Positions 37,029 to 47,520 of a DNA stretch of 57,261 bases are shown here, one piece after another. The notes beneath the pieces are model-generated. The model was not told the DNA's origin, did no database searches, and worked only from the letters and a program-made list of their open reading frames with translations. This DNA is from an uncultured Marinicella sp. (GTDB lineage Bacteria > Pseudomonadota > Gammaproteobacteria > Xanthomonadales > Marinicellaceae), in contig CAZLAW010000001.1 of assembly GCA_964557625.1 (NCBI GenBank), positions 9,818 through 67,078 on the forward strand, in the 5' to 3' direction. How positions within the stretch are numbered: the stretch's first letter is position 1; every line of letters starts with the position of its first letter. Made by a program: the position numbers and the translations under genes.

Positions 37029-38911
37029 GGCATCAACTCCACCAGCAGGTCATCGGCTTTGACCTGGTTATCCACCGCCACAGCCAGGTTTTTGATTTCA
37101 GCGTCACGCTCAGCTTTAATCGCCAGTTCCATTTTCATGGCTTCCATAATCAGTAACGTATCACCCTGTGCCACCTGTTCGCCTTCACTGACCTTGATGT
37201 CAATGATTTTACCGGGCATCGGTGCATACAACGCATTGGCATCTGAGGCCACTGCCTGCGCATCATGATTAGGCAATTGCAGGGTGTATCTGTGGTTATG
37301 ATGAATTACCTGGACAAAATGCCGGTGTCGGTGGCACAAATCGTCAGATGTCGGCTGATAATGAAATTGGCCATCCACTAAATAACCGTCTGTGTTCAGC
37401 GTCACTTGATGTTGTTCAGTGTGTCCATTCATTGTAATGTTCAGGGTCAGTGCCCGGGGTTGCTGCAGGCGCCAACCCACAGCTTGCTGCCAAATGCTTG
37501 ATGCGGCTTTGGACGGTATAATCTCACGGCCCAGAATCGCCCACACAGCCGGCGGGATTTGTTGCTGAATATCCAGATCTTTATTGTCCAGACTGTTGGT
37601 ATAAATCCGGTGCTGTTTAAAATACGGACTGTCAATAATGGCTGATAAAAATCCCAAATTGGTGGTCACGCCAAACACCGCACTGTGATTGAGCATCTGT
37701 TGCATGCGCTGAATACTGGCTGTTCGGTCTTCGCCCCAGGCCACCAGCTTGGCAATCATGGGGTCATAATGAATACTGACGCTGTCATGGGCGCGCACGC
37801 CGGAATCCACCAATCCTTTTTCTTCTGTGGGAAATTGTAAATATTCAATCAGTCCGGTGGACGGCAAATAGTCATTGTCCGGATCTTCAGCGTAGACCCG
37901 TGCCTGAATGGCATGACCCTGACATTGGATATCGGCTTGTTTTTTGGGTAATGGCTTGCCCTCGGCCACCGCAATTTGCCAGGCCACCAAATCAACCCCG
38001 GTTATCAGTTCAGTCACCCGGTGTTCCACTTGTAACCGGGTGTTCATTTCCATGAAATAAAACTGCTCACCATCCAAAATAAATTCAATGGTACCGGCAC
38101 CCCGGTATTCAATCGCCCGGGTGGCTTGAACGGCTGCCTGGTGCATGGCCTGGCGCACTGTGTCATCCAAATCTGCTGCCGGCGCTTCTTCAATGATTTT
38201 TTGATAACGGCGTTGGGTGGAACAGTCCCGCTCAAATAAATGCACCACATGGCCCTGACTGTCAGCAAAGACCTGCACTTCAATGTGTTTAGGCTTGGTG
38301 ATGTATTTTTCCAGTATTACGCGGTCATCGCCAAAGGCATTACGGGCTTCTCGTTGGGCTGATTGCAGCTGTTTGTCGAAATCAGCGGCAGACTCAACAA
38401 TTTTCATGCCTTTACCGCCACCGCCGGAGACGGCTTTAATTAACACCGGGAAGCCGATTTTATCAGCTTCTTGGGCCAGTAATTCAGGGCTTTGATCATC
38501 ACCCTGGTAGCCGGGCACACAGGGTACATCGGCGGCCAACATGGTTTGCTTGGCGGCTGATTTTGAACCCATTAAACGCATCGCTTCAGCCGGTGCACCA
38601 ATAAAGATTAAGCCTGCATCAACCACTTGCTGGGCAAAATCAGCCTGTTCGGATAAAAAACCATAACCCGGATGAATCGCGTCGGCTGCGCAATCCCTGG
38701 CCGCCCGGATAATTTTGTCACCATTTAAGTAGGATTCTGATAAAGCGACACCACCGAGATAAACCGCTTCGTCAGCCCGGTTAACGGCCTTAGAATAACG
38801 ATCGGCATCTGAATACACCGCCACGGTGCGAATACCCAGTTGGCGACAGGTGTCTATAATGCGCACCGCAATCTCACCGCGATTGGCAATCAGTATTTTT
38901 TTTATCGACAT
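37025..38911 (-). CDS. Acyl-CoA (likely 3-methylcrotonyl-CoA) carboxylase alpha subunit
   Basis: ANRGEIA, HPGYGFLSE, EMNTRLQVEH, biotinylation motif EAMKM; adjacent to HMG-CoA lyase. Confidence 0.88.
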   Translation of the reverse strand: MSIKKILIANRGEIAVRIIDTCRQLGIRTVAVYSDADRYSKAVNRADEAVYLGGVALSESYLNGDKIIRAARDCAADAIHPGYGFLSEQADFAQQVVDAGLIFIGAPAEAMRLMGSKSAAKQTMLAADVPCVPGYQGDDQSPELLAQEADKIGFPVLIKAVSGGGGKGMKIVESAADFDKQLQSAQREARNAFGDDRVILEKYITKPKHIEVQVFADSQGHVVHLFERDCSTQRRYQKIIEEAPAADLDDTVRQAMHQAAVQATRAIEYRGAGTIEFILDGEQFYFMEMNTRLQVEHRVTELITGVDLVAWQIAVAEGKPLPKKQADIQCQGHAIQARVYAEDPDNDYLPSTGLIEYLQFPTEEKGLVDSGVRAHDSVSIHYDPMIAKLVAWGEDRTASIQRMQQMLNHSAVFGVTTNLGFLSAIIDSPYFKQHRIYTNSLDNKDLDIQQQIPPAVWAILGREIIPSKAASSIWQQAVGWRLQQPRALTLNITMNGHTEQHQVTLNTDGYLVDGQFHYQPTSDDLCHRHRHFVQVIHHNHRYTLQLPNHDAQAVASDANALYAPMPGKIIDIKVSEGEQVAQGDTLLIMEAMKMELAIKAERDAEIKNLAVAVDNQVKADDLLVELMP

Positions 38912-38952
38912 GAACAATGGCTGTTTTAAAACCAGCCATTATAACTGATTGC

Positions 38953-39615
38953 TTAGCTACGTAACAATTCTCGGCTCCGAATGGTGCGTCCACCCACCAA
39001 ATGATGAACCACCGAACGAAATAAGCGGTTTAATCCACGTAATTCCTCGCTCGTTAATGGCTGTTGCTGAACAAATCGGCGAAAAGTCCCGGCACGGCAA
39101 TTTTTTTGACCATGACTGACCACCAGGCCCTGATCGGGTTGAAAAATCAGGCTGGAATCATCAGAAATACCGTTGTCCACAGATAAGGCATAACCATTTA
39201 ATTCACACAATTTCAGCTCAAAATGGCGCAACAATAAAGCCACAGACTTACTTTCTCGTAAAGCCTTTAATACCTCCAGATAAATCGGATATACGGCGCT
39301 ACTGTGTTCTTCATCCATATTCAATAACAGCAACAACTCGTTGCAATACAGCATCGCCACCTGATTCAGGTAATTCGGCGAGCTCACCGAGCCTGATTGC
39401 TCGGCCTGGGTCAGGGTTTTCAAATCTTGTCGGCCCTGAAAGCTGATGGTGGTTTCGATAAAAGGTTGCAAATGACCTTTAAAAGGGGATTTTTGACCCC
39501 GGCTGCCTCTGGCAACAGCATCCACACGGCCGTGCTGTCGGGTCAGTAATTTAACAATTTGACTGCTGTTTTTGAATTGGATGGTATGCAGCACAAAAGC
39601 CTTATCGGTGAACAT
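38953..39615 (-). CDS. recO: DNA repair protein RecO
   Basis: AFVLH, G.V..VARG, LQPF; rnc-era-recO synteny. Confidence 0.9.
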   Translation of the reverse strand: MFTDKAFVLHTIQFKNSSQIVKLLTRQHGRVDAVARGSRGQKSPFKGHLQPFIETTISFQGRQDLKTLTQAEQSGSVSSPNYLNQVAMLYCNELLLLLNMDEEHSSAVYPIYLEVLKALRESKSVALLLRHFELKLCELNGYALSVDNGISDDSSLIFQPDQGLVVSHGQKNCRAGTFRRFVQQQPLTSEELRGLNRLFRSVVHHLVGGRTIRSRELLRS

Positions 39616-39620
39616 GAGTA

Positions 39621-40523
39621 CTACGGTTCTTTGTAACCCAATCCATCCAGTGCCTGTTGATCATCGGTCCAGGCTGATTTTATTTTGACCCATAATTTTA
39701 AATTAACCCGTGACTGAATGAAGTCTTCAATTTCAGCCCGGGCTTTTATGCCTACCTGTTTAATGGCGGCACCGCCACGCCCGATGATAATGCGTTTTTG
39801 CTGTTCCCGCTCAACCCAAATGGTGGCATGGATATGGGTCATGGTTTCTTTGATTTCATACACATCAATGGTGACGGTCAGACTATAGGGCAATTCTTGA
39901 TGAAAACGCAGGGTCAATTGCTCACGGATAAGTTCCGACACAAAAAACCGGGTGGAACGATCTGAGATTAATGAAGGATCATATAAAGGCGGTGATTGAG
40001 GTAAGCGTTCAAGCAAAGTCTCCACCAAATAATCCACTTGTTTGTTCTTTAACGCACTGATGTAAAATACGTCATCATAAGCGAATTGAGCTAATATAGT
40101 TTCCACAAAAGGTAACAGTTCAGTTTTCTGATCACTTAAATCCACCTTATTAACCACCAAAATTTTTTGCCCGCCGCCGGCCATTACAATCTCAGCCGCC
40201 CGTTGGTCTTCATCATGCCATTGTCCGGCTTCCACCAGATGCAAAATAATATCGACATCCTGAGCTGAACTGCGTGCGGTTTGGTTAAGCTGTTTGTTTA
40301 AGGCGGTTTTTTTCTGATTATGAATACCGGGCGTATCCAAAAACACGATTTGACCTTTAGGATTGTGATAGATGGCCAAAATTTGATGGCGGGTGGTCTG
40401 TGGTTTATGACTGACAATACTGAGTTTTTGTTGCAACACCTGATTGATTAAGGTGGATTTACCCACATTGGGGCGACCAAGGACCGCCACATAACCGGCT
40501 TTAAAGGGTTTTTTATCAGACAT
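39621..40523 (-). CDS. era: GTPase Era
   Basis: GRPNVGKST, QTTR, DTPG, NKVD, KH domain. Confidence 0.97.
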   Translation of the reverse strand: MSDKKPFKAGYVAVLGRPNVGKSTLINQVLQQKLSIVSHKPQTTRHQILAIYHNPKGQIVFLDTPGIHNQKKTALNKQLNQTARSSAQDVDIILHLVEAGQWHDEDQRAAEIVMAGGGQKILVVNKVDLSDQKTELLPFVETILAQFAYDDVFYISALKNKQVDYLVETLLERLPQSPPLYDPSLISDRSTRFFVSELIREQLTLRFHQELPYSLTVTIDVYEIKETMTHIHATIWVEREQQKRIIIGRGGAAIKQVGIKARAEIEDFIQSRVNLKLWVKIKSAWTDDQQALDGLGYKEP

Positions 40524-41175
40524 TTTTGAGCTGTTTCATCATTGCAGCGGCGGCTTTTTGTTCCGCTTTTTTGCGGCTTTTACCGGAAGCCTGGGTTTGT
40601 TTATCCAATTCAGTGATTTGACAAACCACCACAAAAGTCGGTTCGTTGTCTTGGTCTTCCACTGCAATGGTTTCGTAGACAGGTAATTGTAATCCGTTTT
40701 TTTGTAAATACTCCTGTAAACCGGTTTTGGCATCTTTGCCGATTGCATCGGGATCAATGGCGGCCAGCCACGGTTGCATCACCGCCAAAATGAATTGTTG
40801 GGTGAACGCATAGCCCTGATCCAGCAACACAGCGCCATACACGGCTTCCACCGCATCAGCCAGTACCGAACTTTTATTAACGCCACCGGATTTAATCTCA
40901 CCGGGACCCAATTTAATTTGGTTTCCCAAATCATAATGCCGGGCAATTTCTGCCAGTGTTTTACCTTTAACCAATTGTGCCCGCAGACGTGACATATCGC
41001 CTTCCGTTAATTGTGGGAAATGATCATACAGATACTGAGACACCACCAGAGACAACACCGAGTCACCCAAAAATTCCAGACGTTCATTGTTGTTTTTACC
41101 TTTACTGCGGTGGGTCAGCGCTTGCTGAATGAGTGCCTTGTTATTAACACCAACGGTTTGGCCTAAAATGTTCAA
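40516..41175 (-). CDS. rnc: Ribonuclease III
   Basis: THRS, NERLEFLGDS, C-terminal dsRBD. Confidence 0.97.
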   Translation of the reverse strand: MNILGQTVGVNNKALIQQALTHRSKGKNNNERLEFLGDSVLSLVVSQYLYDHFPQLTEGDMSRLRAQLVKGKTLAEIARHYDLGNQIKLGPGEIKSGGVNKSSVLADAVEAVYGAVLLDQGYAFTQQFILAVMQPWLAAIDPDAIGKDAKTGLQEYLQKNGLQLPVYETIAVEDQDNEPTFVVVCQITELDKQTQASGKSRKKAEQKAAAAMMKQLKNV

Positions 41176-41178
41176 AAC

Positions 41179-41538
41179 TTACTTAAGTGGTACGGTTTCG
41201 TTAAATTTCATGGTGAAAAATAAATTACCAATAAACGGCTTTTCCACTTCATACTCAACCTTAAGCTCACGACCATTACCGCGAACAACCTTAAAGTCCG
41301 ACGGTTTTACCACGTCCACATAACTGATATACAGCAGTTTATCGATGCGGGTTTTAATTTCTGCCGGTGTTTTATTGGCCGATTCGTTGGCTGCTGTTTT
41401 CATGGCTTTAACCACCGAATGGTGATCCAGATAAACAGGTATAACCTGCATGCCGGCATAAGCAACCACACCCAACAAGGCCAACATGATGATAAAACCG
41501 ACCAGTGTGATACCCTGCGCTTTATGTGCTGTTTTCAT
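41179..41538 (-). CDS. DUF4845-family membrane protein
   Basis: Prepilin-like QG|ITL N-terminus, P.Y motif; usual position between lepB and rnc. Confidence 0.8.
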   Translation of the reverse strand: MKTAHKAQGITLVGFIIMLALLGVVAYAGMQVIPVYLDHHSVVKAMKTAANESANKTPAEIKTRIDKLLYISYVDVVKPSDFKVVRGNGRELKVEYEVEKPFIGNLFFTMKFNETVPLK

Positions 41539-41571
41539 GATTTTTCTCTAAATAGTCAACAATGAGAATTA

Positions 41572-41601
41572 ATTATCCGTGTAAAAACAGGCCTTTGTCA
41601 A
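41572..41601 (-). promoter_or_regulatory. Putative sigma70 promoter for DUF4845-rnc-era-recO
   Basis: TTGACA (41596-41601)-N18-GATAAT (41572-41577), overlapping the lepB stop. Confidence 0.5.
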
Positions 41602-42398
41602 ATTATCTTGGTACCAATTCTCTTTAAACCTTCCCAAAAATGCGGTATTCGCCAGTGCATCCAGATAAATTCAGCCTTTCCCACCAGATTGCGCTCCGGT
41701 ACCAAACCCCAATAACGGCTGTCGGCCGAATTATCACGGTTATCACCCATAACAAAATAATGGCCTTCCGGAACGGTTAACCGGGTGTATTGAAAAGGTT
41801 GGTCCATCACCCCATTGATGGTCAGCATTCGATGGGGCTCATCACCAAGGTGCTCTATTTTTTCAATGACCCGACTGCGGGCCTGTAAATCATCCAAAAA
41901 ACCTTCATAGACACCCACGGTATCCTGTTCGACAAGTTGACCATTCAGATAGACATGCTTGGTACGTGCGTCATAAAAAACATCGTCACCGGGCACACCC
42001 ACCACCCGTTTGATGTAATCTTTTGATTGATCCGGCGGGTACCGAAACACAATTACATCACCGTGTTCCGGGTGACCCATTTCAATCAAAGTGTCGTGTA
42101 AAACCGGCATTTTAAAACCATAAGAATATTTGTTCACCACAATAAAATCACCGGTCAATAAAGTCGGCATCATTGATGAAGAAGGAATTCGGAAAGGTTC
42201 AAACACAAAGGTTCGAACTAATAAAACGAAAAAAAATACCGGAAAGAATGAATAAGCAAAACCCAATAATTGGCCGCCGACACCTTCGGGCTTTACGTCC
42301 GATTTTTTATATTTAAACTTGACATAAAACCACGGAACAATCGTTATCAAAGTGGCCAGCGTCAGAATGGCTTCGAAATCTAAATGTATTTCATTCAC
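41598..42398 (-). CDS. lepB: Signal peptidase I
   Basis: IPSSSMMPTL, YIKRVVG, MGDNRDNSADSR. Confidence 0.97.
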   Translation of the reverse strand: MNEIHLDFEAILTLATLITIVPWFYVKFKYKKSDVKPEGVGGQLLGFAYSFFPVFFFVLLVRTFVFEPFRIPSSSMMPTLLTGDFIVVNKYSYGFKMPVLHDTLIEMGHPEHGDVIVFRYPPDQSKDYIKRVVGVPGDDVFYDARTKHVYLNGQLVEQDTVGVYEGFLDDLQARSRVIEKIEHLGDEPHRMLTINGVMDQPFQYTRLTVPEGHYFVMGDNRDNSADSRYWGLVPERNLVGKAEFIWMHWRIPHFWEGLKRIGTKII

Positions 42399-42430
42399 GG
42401 AAATTATCCTCTCTTTAAGACCTCTGGTCT

Positions 42431-44215
42431 TTATTTATCAACTTTTAAAACCGCCAAAAAGGCTTCCTGCGGCACTTCAACCCGGCCAATTTGTTTCATG
42501 CGCTTTTTACCGGCTTTTTGTTTTTCCAGTAATTTCTTTTTACGACTGGCATCACCACCGTAACATTTGGCGGTGACATTTTTGCGCAGTGCTTTAACCG
42601 TCGTTCGGGCAATAATTTGGGATCCGATGGCCGCCTGAATGGCGACATCAAACATTTGTCGCGGAATCAGTTCCTTGAGTCGTTCGGTGAGTTCACGTCC
42701 TCTTTGTTGGGCATTCTCACGGTGGGTTAAAATAGACAGCGCATCTACCCGATCACCATTGATTAATACATCCAGGCGAATAAAAGGACCCGCCTGGTAA
42801 TGGCTGAATTCATATTCAAAAGATGCATAACCGCGAGACACTGATTTTAACCGATCAAAAAAATCTAAAACCACTTCGCTTAAAGGTAAATCAAACTTGA
42901 GTTGCACCTGTTTACCCAAATAAACAATGTTCTTCTGCACGCCGCGTTTTTCGATACATAAAGTAATCACATTACCCACATAATCCTGTGGCAGCAAAAT
43001 ATTGGCGCTGATAATGGGCTCACGGATTTCTTCAAACATTTCGGGTAAATCTGCGGGGTTATCCAGCTTTACCGTGGAACCATCTTTATTGACCAGCTCA
43101 TACACCACCGTCGGCGCGGTGGTCACCAGGTCAATATCAAATTCACGTTCAATGCGCTCTTGAATCACTTCCATATGCAACATGCCCAGAAATCCGCAGC
43201 GAAAGCCAAAGCCCAGGGCTGAAGAAGTTTCCGGTTCAAACACCAGTGAAGCATCATTTAACTGCAGCTTTTCCAGCGCTTCACGCAAATCCTGATAATC
43301 ATCTGCGGAGGTGGGAAATAACCCGGCAAATACCCGCGGTTGGGATTCCATAAAACCGGGCAAGGGTTTATCCGCCGGGTTTTTTGCGGTGGTGATGGTG
43401 TCACCCACCGGTGCGCCGTGAACATCCTTAATGGAAGCCGTTACATAACCTACTTCGCCGCATTCAAGGGCATTTTTAGGCGTTCGTTTAGGGTTAAAGG
43501 TGCCCAAACCATCCACCAGCTGCTGGGTTTTTAACGACATAATGGTGATTTTATCTTTGACCTGTAAGCGTCCGTTAAACACCCGAACCAAAGACACCAC
43601 GCCTAAATAATTATCGAACCAGGAGTCTATAATGGAGGCTTGTAATGGCGCATCCGGATCACCTTTGGGTGCCGGGACTTTTTCGGCAATGGCTTCAAGA
43701 ACAGCCTCAATACCCTCACCGGTTTTGGCAGACACCAATAAAGCCTCTGAGGCATCAATCCCAATCACCTCTTCAATTTCAGATTTAACCCGTTCCACAT
43801 CCGCCGCCGGCAAATCAATTTTATTGATCACAGGAATCACTTCCAGCCCCATGTCAATGGCGGTGTAACAATTGGCCACTGATTGGGCTTCCACACCCTG
43901 GGCCGCATCCACCACCAGCAAAGCCCCTTCGCAGGCTGCCAATGAACGGGATACTTCATAAGAAAAGTCCACATGACCCGGGGTGTCAATGAGGTTAAAC
44001 TGGTATTCCTGGCCATCTTCGGCTTGATAGCTTAAACGAACCGATTGAGATTTAATGGTGATGCCCCGCTCGCGTTCAATGTCCATACTGTCTAATACCT
44101 GATCAGCCATCTCCCGATCGGTCAGACCACCACACAGACGAATAAAACGATCTGCCAATGTCGATTTACCATGGTCAATGTGGGCAATAATGGAAAAGTT
44201 ACGGATATTCTTCAT
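42431..44215 (-). CDS. lepA: Elongation factor 4
   Basis: [29 protein letters not shown]; start ATG 44215. Confidence 0.98.
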   Translation of the reverse strand: MKNIRNFSIIAHIDHGKSTLADRFIRLCGGLTDREMADQVLDSMDIERERGITIKSQSVRLSYQAEDGQEYQFNLIDTPGHVDFSYEVSRSLAACEGALLVVDAAQGVEAQSVANCYTAIDMGLEVIPVINKIDLPAADVERVKSEIEEVIGIDASEALLVSAKTGEGIEAVLEAIAEKVPAPKGDPDAPLQASIIDSWFDNYLGVVSLVRVFNGRLQVKDKITIMSLKTQQLVDGLGTFNPKRTPKNALECGEVGYVTASIKDVHGAPVGDTITTAKNPADKPLPGFMESQPRVFAGLFPTSADDYQDLREALEKLQLNDASLVFEPETSSALGFGFRCGFLGMLHMEVIQERIEREFDIDLVTTAPTVVYELVNKDGSTVKLDNPADLPEMFEEIREPIISANILLPQDYVGNVITLCIEKRGVQKNIVYLGKQVQLKFDLPLSEVVLDFFDRLKSVSRGYASFEYEFSHYQAGPFIRLDVLINGDRVDALSILTHRENAQQRGRELTERLKELIPRQMFDVAIQAAIGSQIIARTTVKALRKNVTAKCYGGDASRKKKLLEKQKAGKKRMKQIGRVEVPQEAFLAVLKVDK

Positions 44216-44328
44216 GAATTCAACGGGCCAAAAACAGTCATAAGTTATCATAGGCAAACATGGCTTTATTTAAGCATCGGCACCTGTAGCCTGCCCAATC
44301 TAACCATTATCATTCCTGTCAAGAAAGC

Positions 44329-44366
44329 AAAAACAACAAATCCCATGCAATGGATGGGATTTGTTG
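44329..44366 (-). terminator. Terminator after mucD
   Basis: 13-bp stem CAACAAATCCCAT/ATGGGATTTGTTG followed by U5 on the minus strand. Confidence 0.8.
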
Positions 44367-44378
44367 GCTATTCTATAC

Positions 44379-45752
44379 TTATTCAGCGTTGCGTTCAATC
44401 ACAATAAAACGATTTGCCGGGCCTTGTTTAACCAACAGCACCAATGGTTCATCGTCTTTTAGTGCATCAATCGCATCACTGAAGTCAGACAGGTTTTTAA
44501 TGGGTTTCTTATTAACTTTTTTAATCACATCACCCACCTGCAACTGTGCACGTTGTACATCTCTGTCGGTGATGTCAGTGACAATAACCCCGCTGCTTTC
44601 ACCGGTTCGGCTTTTGTCCTGCTCAGATAACTTGCTGACTGAAAAACCAATGCCGGCTTTGACATCCTCAGATTGTCCGCCATCTCCGGCAACTACAGTT
44701 TCATCCAAAGCATCAAGTTTTGCAGTGATGCGTTTATTTTTACCGTCGCGAAACACGGTTAAGTTCACTTTTGTGTTGGGCTGTACCATACCAACTATGG
44801 GCGGCAAAGTAGCGGCAGTGTTGATTTCCTGACCATTAAATTCAACAATCACATCACCCACCTGAATGCCGGCTTTATCCGCGGCACTGTCTTCTGAGAC
44901 CTGATTGACCAGCGCACCACGGGGTTTTTTCATACCCATGTAATCAGCCATTTTTTGGGTTACGTTTTCAATACCAACACCCAACAAGCCGCGTTTGACC
45001 ACGCCATTTTCTTTTAGCTGATCGGCCACATTCATGGCCACATCAATCGGTATGGAAAATGAAATCCCCATATAACCGCCGGTGTTAGAGAAAATCAGGG
45101 TATTAATCGCCACCACTTCACCGTTCATATTAATTAGCGGACCGCCTGAGTTACCGCGGTTAATGGGCACATCGGACTGAATGTAGGGAATGTATTGTTG
45201 ACCCCGAATACGTCGGCCTTTGGCGCTGACAATACCTTTGGTCACCGAGTTTTCAAAACTTAACGGTGATCCGATGGCCATCACCCATTCACCAATTTCC
45301 AAATCTTTAACTGAACCCAATTTTAAGACGGGTAGGTTTTTGGCATCAATTTTTAATAACGCCACATCGCTGGCTTCATCCTCGCCAATAATTTCGGCTT
45401 CTAATTCTCGTCGATCTTTTAAAGTCACCGTGATTTTATCGGCTCCGTCAACCACATGGCGATTGGTTAAAATATAACCATCTGCTGAAATAATAAAACC
45501 GGTACCGCCGGAAATACGATCGCGATTGGGCGGCGTGCCGGGATTGGGAATCCCAAAGAACCGAAACAATTCTTCATTCGGCAGGTTCTGGCCTGACTGG
45601 ATTTGATCTGCATTTTCACGGGCACGGATGTTCACCACAGCCGGTGCCGATTTTTTGACCAGTTCGGTAAAATCAGGTAACTGGGCAGAGGCCATAGCAG
45701 AGGCCAACAACATAAAACCGGAAATCATCAGTAATGATAAACGTTGTTTCAT
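44379..45752 (-). CDS. mucD: DegP/MucD-family periplasmic serine protease with two PDZ domains
   Basis: Signal peptide, LTN.HVV, DVALLKI, GNSGG; between the rse genes and lepA. Confidence 0.9.
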   Translation of the reverse strand: MKQRLSLLMISGFMLLASAMASAQLPDFTELVKKSAPAVVNIRARENADQIQSGQNLPNEELFRFFGIPNPGTPPNRDRISGGTGFIISADGYILTNRHVVDGADKITVTLKDRRELEAEIIGEDEASDVALLKIDAKNLPVLKLGSVKDLEIGEWVMAIGSPLSFENSVTKGIVSAKGRRIRGQQYIPYIQSDVPINRGNSGGPLINMNGEVVAINTLIFSNTGGYMGISFSIPIDVAMNVADQLKENGVVKRGLLGVGIENVTQKMADYMGMKKPRGALVNQVSEDSAADKAGIQVGDVIVEFNGQEINTAATLPPIVGMVQPNTKVNLTVFRDGKNKRITAKLDALDETVVAGDGGQSEDVKAGIGFSVSKLSEQDKSRTGESSGVIVTDITDRDVQRAQLQVGDVIKKVNKKPIKNLSDFSDAIDALKDDEPLVLLVKQGPANRFIVIERNAE

Positions 45753-45788
45753 AAACTTCTCCTGAGGTAGTCAATAATGAATGTAACT

Positions 45789-45815
45789 ATAGACTGTTTG
45801 TTAATTAACAAGTGC
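45789..45815 (-). promoter_or_regulatory. Putative sigmaE promoter of mucD
   Basis: GCACTT-N16-TCTAT; the spacer overlaps the palindrome TTGTTAATTAACAA (45798-45811). Confidence 0.55.
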
Positions 45816-45822
45816 CCAATAA

Positions 45823-46293
45823 TTATAAAATCGTGACTTTTGGCAGGGCGGAAGCGGCAGAACGGGGTTTGAGGCGATACCGAAGCAACGCCCATATTAA
45901 GGCAACAACCATCCCTATGAAAGTCCATAAATCAGTGGGCTGTTTTAACAACACAGCTGCATAGTGGCCAACTGCCATGGCTATCAACATAACTAACAAT
46001 GGCCACACATAAAACTGAAAGCCACCAAGCAACATATCACCGTCATGAATTTCCAAACCCACTTGTTGTCCAATCTGACGAACGTTCGATTCATCACCAA
46101 ACAGCAAATGGCTGTTGTTTAAATCCATACCGGGTTGTTGCCGGTAAATGCTGAAACGCTCACCCTGAACAGAAAAAAGTTTGAATAAAGGTCGGTGACA
46201 TTGACCATGACAGCCCCGGCACGGGTTTTTTTGAATAAGCGTTAACTCAACCCATTGCGGTGATTTTGCCACAATGGTGGCCCACCTGATCAT
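45823..46293 (-). CDS. rseC: RseC/MucC-family protein
   Basis: C..C...C N-terminal motif, Y..PL, two TM helices; operon position. Confidence 0.75.
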   Translation of the reverse strand: MIRWATIVAKSPQWVELTLIQKNPCRGCHGQCHRPLFKLFSVQGERFSIYRQQPGMDLNNSHLLFGDESNVRQIGQQVGLEIHDGDMLLGGFQFYVWPLLVMLIAMAVGHYAAVLLKQPTDLWTFIGMVVALIWALLRYRLKPRSAASALPKVTIL

Positions 46294-46889
46294 TCGTCTG
46301 TATAACGACCAGCGGTTGTCGGTAAATTGTGTTGTATCGGTGATTGATTACCCGGTTGTATCCGGTAATAAATCGGCATCACAGTTTGGGTGTTTTTATC
46401 CATGATGTAATGCTGTACCTGGGGTGTTAAATCAGGATAACGGGTAAAACGGGGTGTCTGTTCAACCCGTGCAGTATATGCATTAGGCGGATTAATCAAT
46501 TGTTGCGGGGTTTTTGCATATTCAGGTACACTCAAATCCAACTGTCCGGGTTGGTTTGCGTTTTGATTAAATGAAATCACAGCCACCAGCGCCACAGAAG
46601 CCGCAATCACCGACCCGGTCAGGGCTTTAAGCCAGCCGCGTACAGGTTTTTCGGAAGAATTCACTGACATAGAGTCTGCTTGTAATTGTTGCACCACACG
46701 GCTGCCTAAGTCATGCATCAATGGTGCCTGACCGTCTTGTTGTACAGCAGAACGCAACAAATGATAATGATTCCAGCTTTGACGAAACTGACCATCATGC
46801 TGCATGCGTTTTAATAAAAATCGACTGCAATCACGGGACAGCTCTCCGTCCATAAGTTGGGATATATTTTGTTTAGATTGATCTGACAT
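46290..46889 (-). CDS. rseA: Anti-sigmaE factor RseA/MucA
   Basis: ISQLMDGEL, W..YHL.R, IAASVA TM helix. Confidence 0.9.
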   Translation of the reverse strand: MSDQSKQNISQLMDGELSRDCSRFLLKRMQHDGQFRQSWNHYHLLRSAVQQDGQAPLMHDLGSRVVQQLQADSMSVNSSEKPVRGWLKALTGSVIAASVALVAVISFNQNANQPGQLDLSVPEYAKTPQQLINPPNAYTARVEQTPRFTRYPDLTPQVQHYIMDKNTQTVMPIYYRIQPGNQSPIQHNLPTTAGRYTDE

Positions 46890-47508
46890 GTTCTTGCTTC
46901 GTTTGCTCTGTGTCTAAAAGGGGCCTTAACGCTTGGTCGATGGCATCACGTGCCCGAAAAATTCGGGAGCGAACTGTACCAATCGGGCAAGCCATTTCTT
47001 CGGCGATTTCTTCATAACTTAAACCATCCACTTCACGCAGAATGATGGCTGTTTTCAAATCTTCCGGTAATTGGCTGATGGCTTTCGACATCACCTGTTC
47101 AAGCTCACCACGGGCATAGACCGCATCCGGTGTGTCTAAGTTCCGGTGTGTTTCGTTGCTGCTGAATGTTTCTGCTTCTTCATATTCAACCTGGGTGTTT
47201 TGAATCCGTCTTGATTTGGCTACCAAATGATTTTTGGCCGTGTTAATGGCAATTCGATAAACCCAGGTGTAAAAGGAACTGTCACCACGAAACCGGGGTA
47301 AAGCCCGAAAAACTTTGATAAACACTTCCTGGGCCACATCCTCAATCTCGCTTCGGTCTTTAACTAATTTAGCGATGACATTGGCAACCCGTTGTTGGTA
47401 GCGATTAACCAGCATTTCAAAAGCGGCCATATGGCCTTTTTTGGCTTGTTCTACCAACTCAGCGTCGAGGGTTTTTTCGGACATTTTAGTGTTGTTGTCT
47501 TGCTTCAT
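46873..47508 (-). CDS. rpoE: RNA polymerase sigmaE factor
   Basis: DVAQE.FIK, FRGDS.FYTW.YRIAINTAKN, CPIGTVRSRIFRAR; true start may be ATG 47484. Confidence 0.96.
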   Translation of the reverse strand: MKQDNNTKMSEKTLDAELVEQAKKGHMAAFEMLVNRYQQRVANVIAKLVKDRSEIEDVAQEVFIKVFRALPRFRGDSSFYTWVYRIAINTAKNHLVAKSRRIQNTQVEYEEAETFSSNETHRNLDTPDAVYARGELEQVMSKAISQLPEDLKTAIILREVDGLSYEEIAEEMACPIGTVRSRIFRARDAIDQALRPLLDTEQTKQEHVRSI

Positions 47509-47520
47509 TCATGTGCCTGG

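Noticed and set aside
41549-41560. GTTGACTATTTA identical to the rpsT -35 region (7142-7153), as a duplicated promoter
   Set aside because: The matching -10 would be GAAAAC inside the DUF4845 coding start, lacking the conserved final T; likely coincidence.
44350-44832. 160-aa plus-strand ORF opposite mucD, and similar long antisense ORFs (e.g. 16047-16484, 6674-6997, 25712-26047, 53201-53566)
   Set aside because: They lie almost entirely antisense to well-supported conserved genes, have shadow-like composition and show no recognisable motifs.
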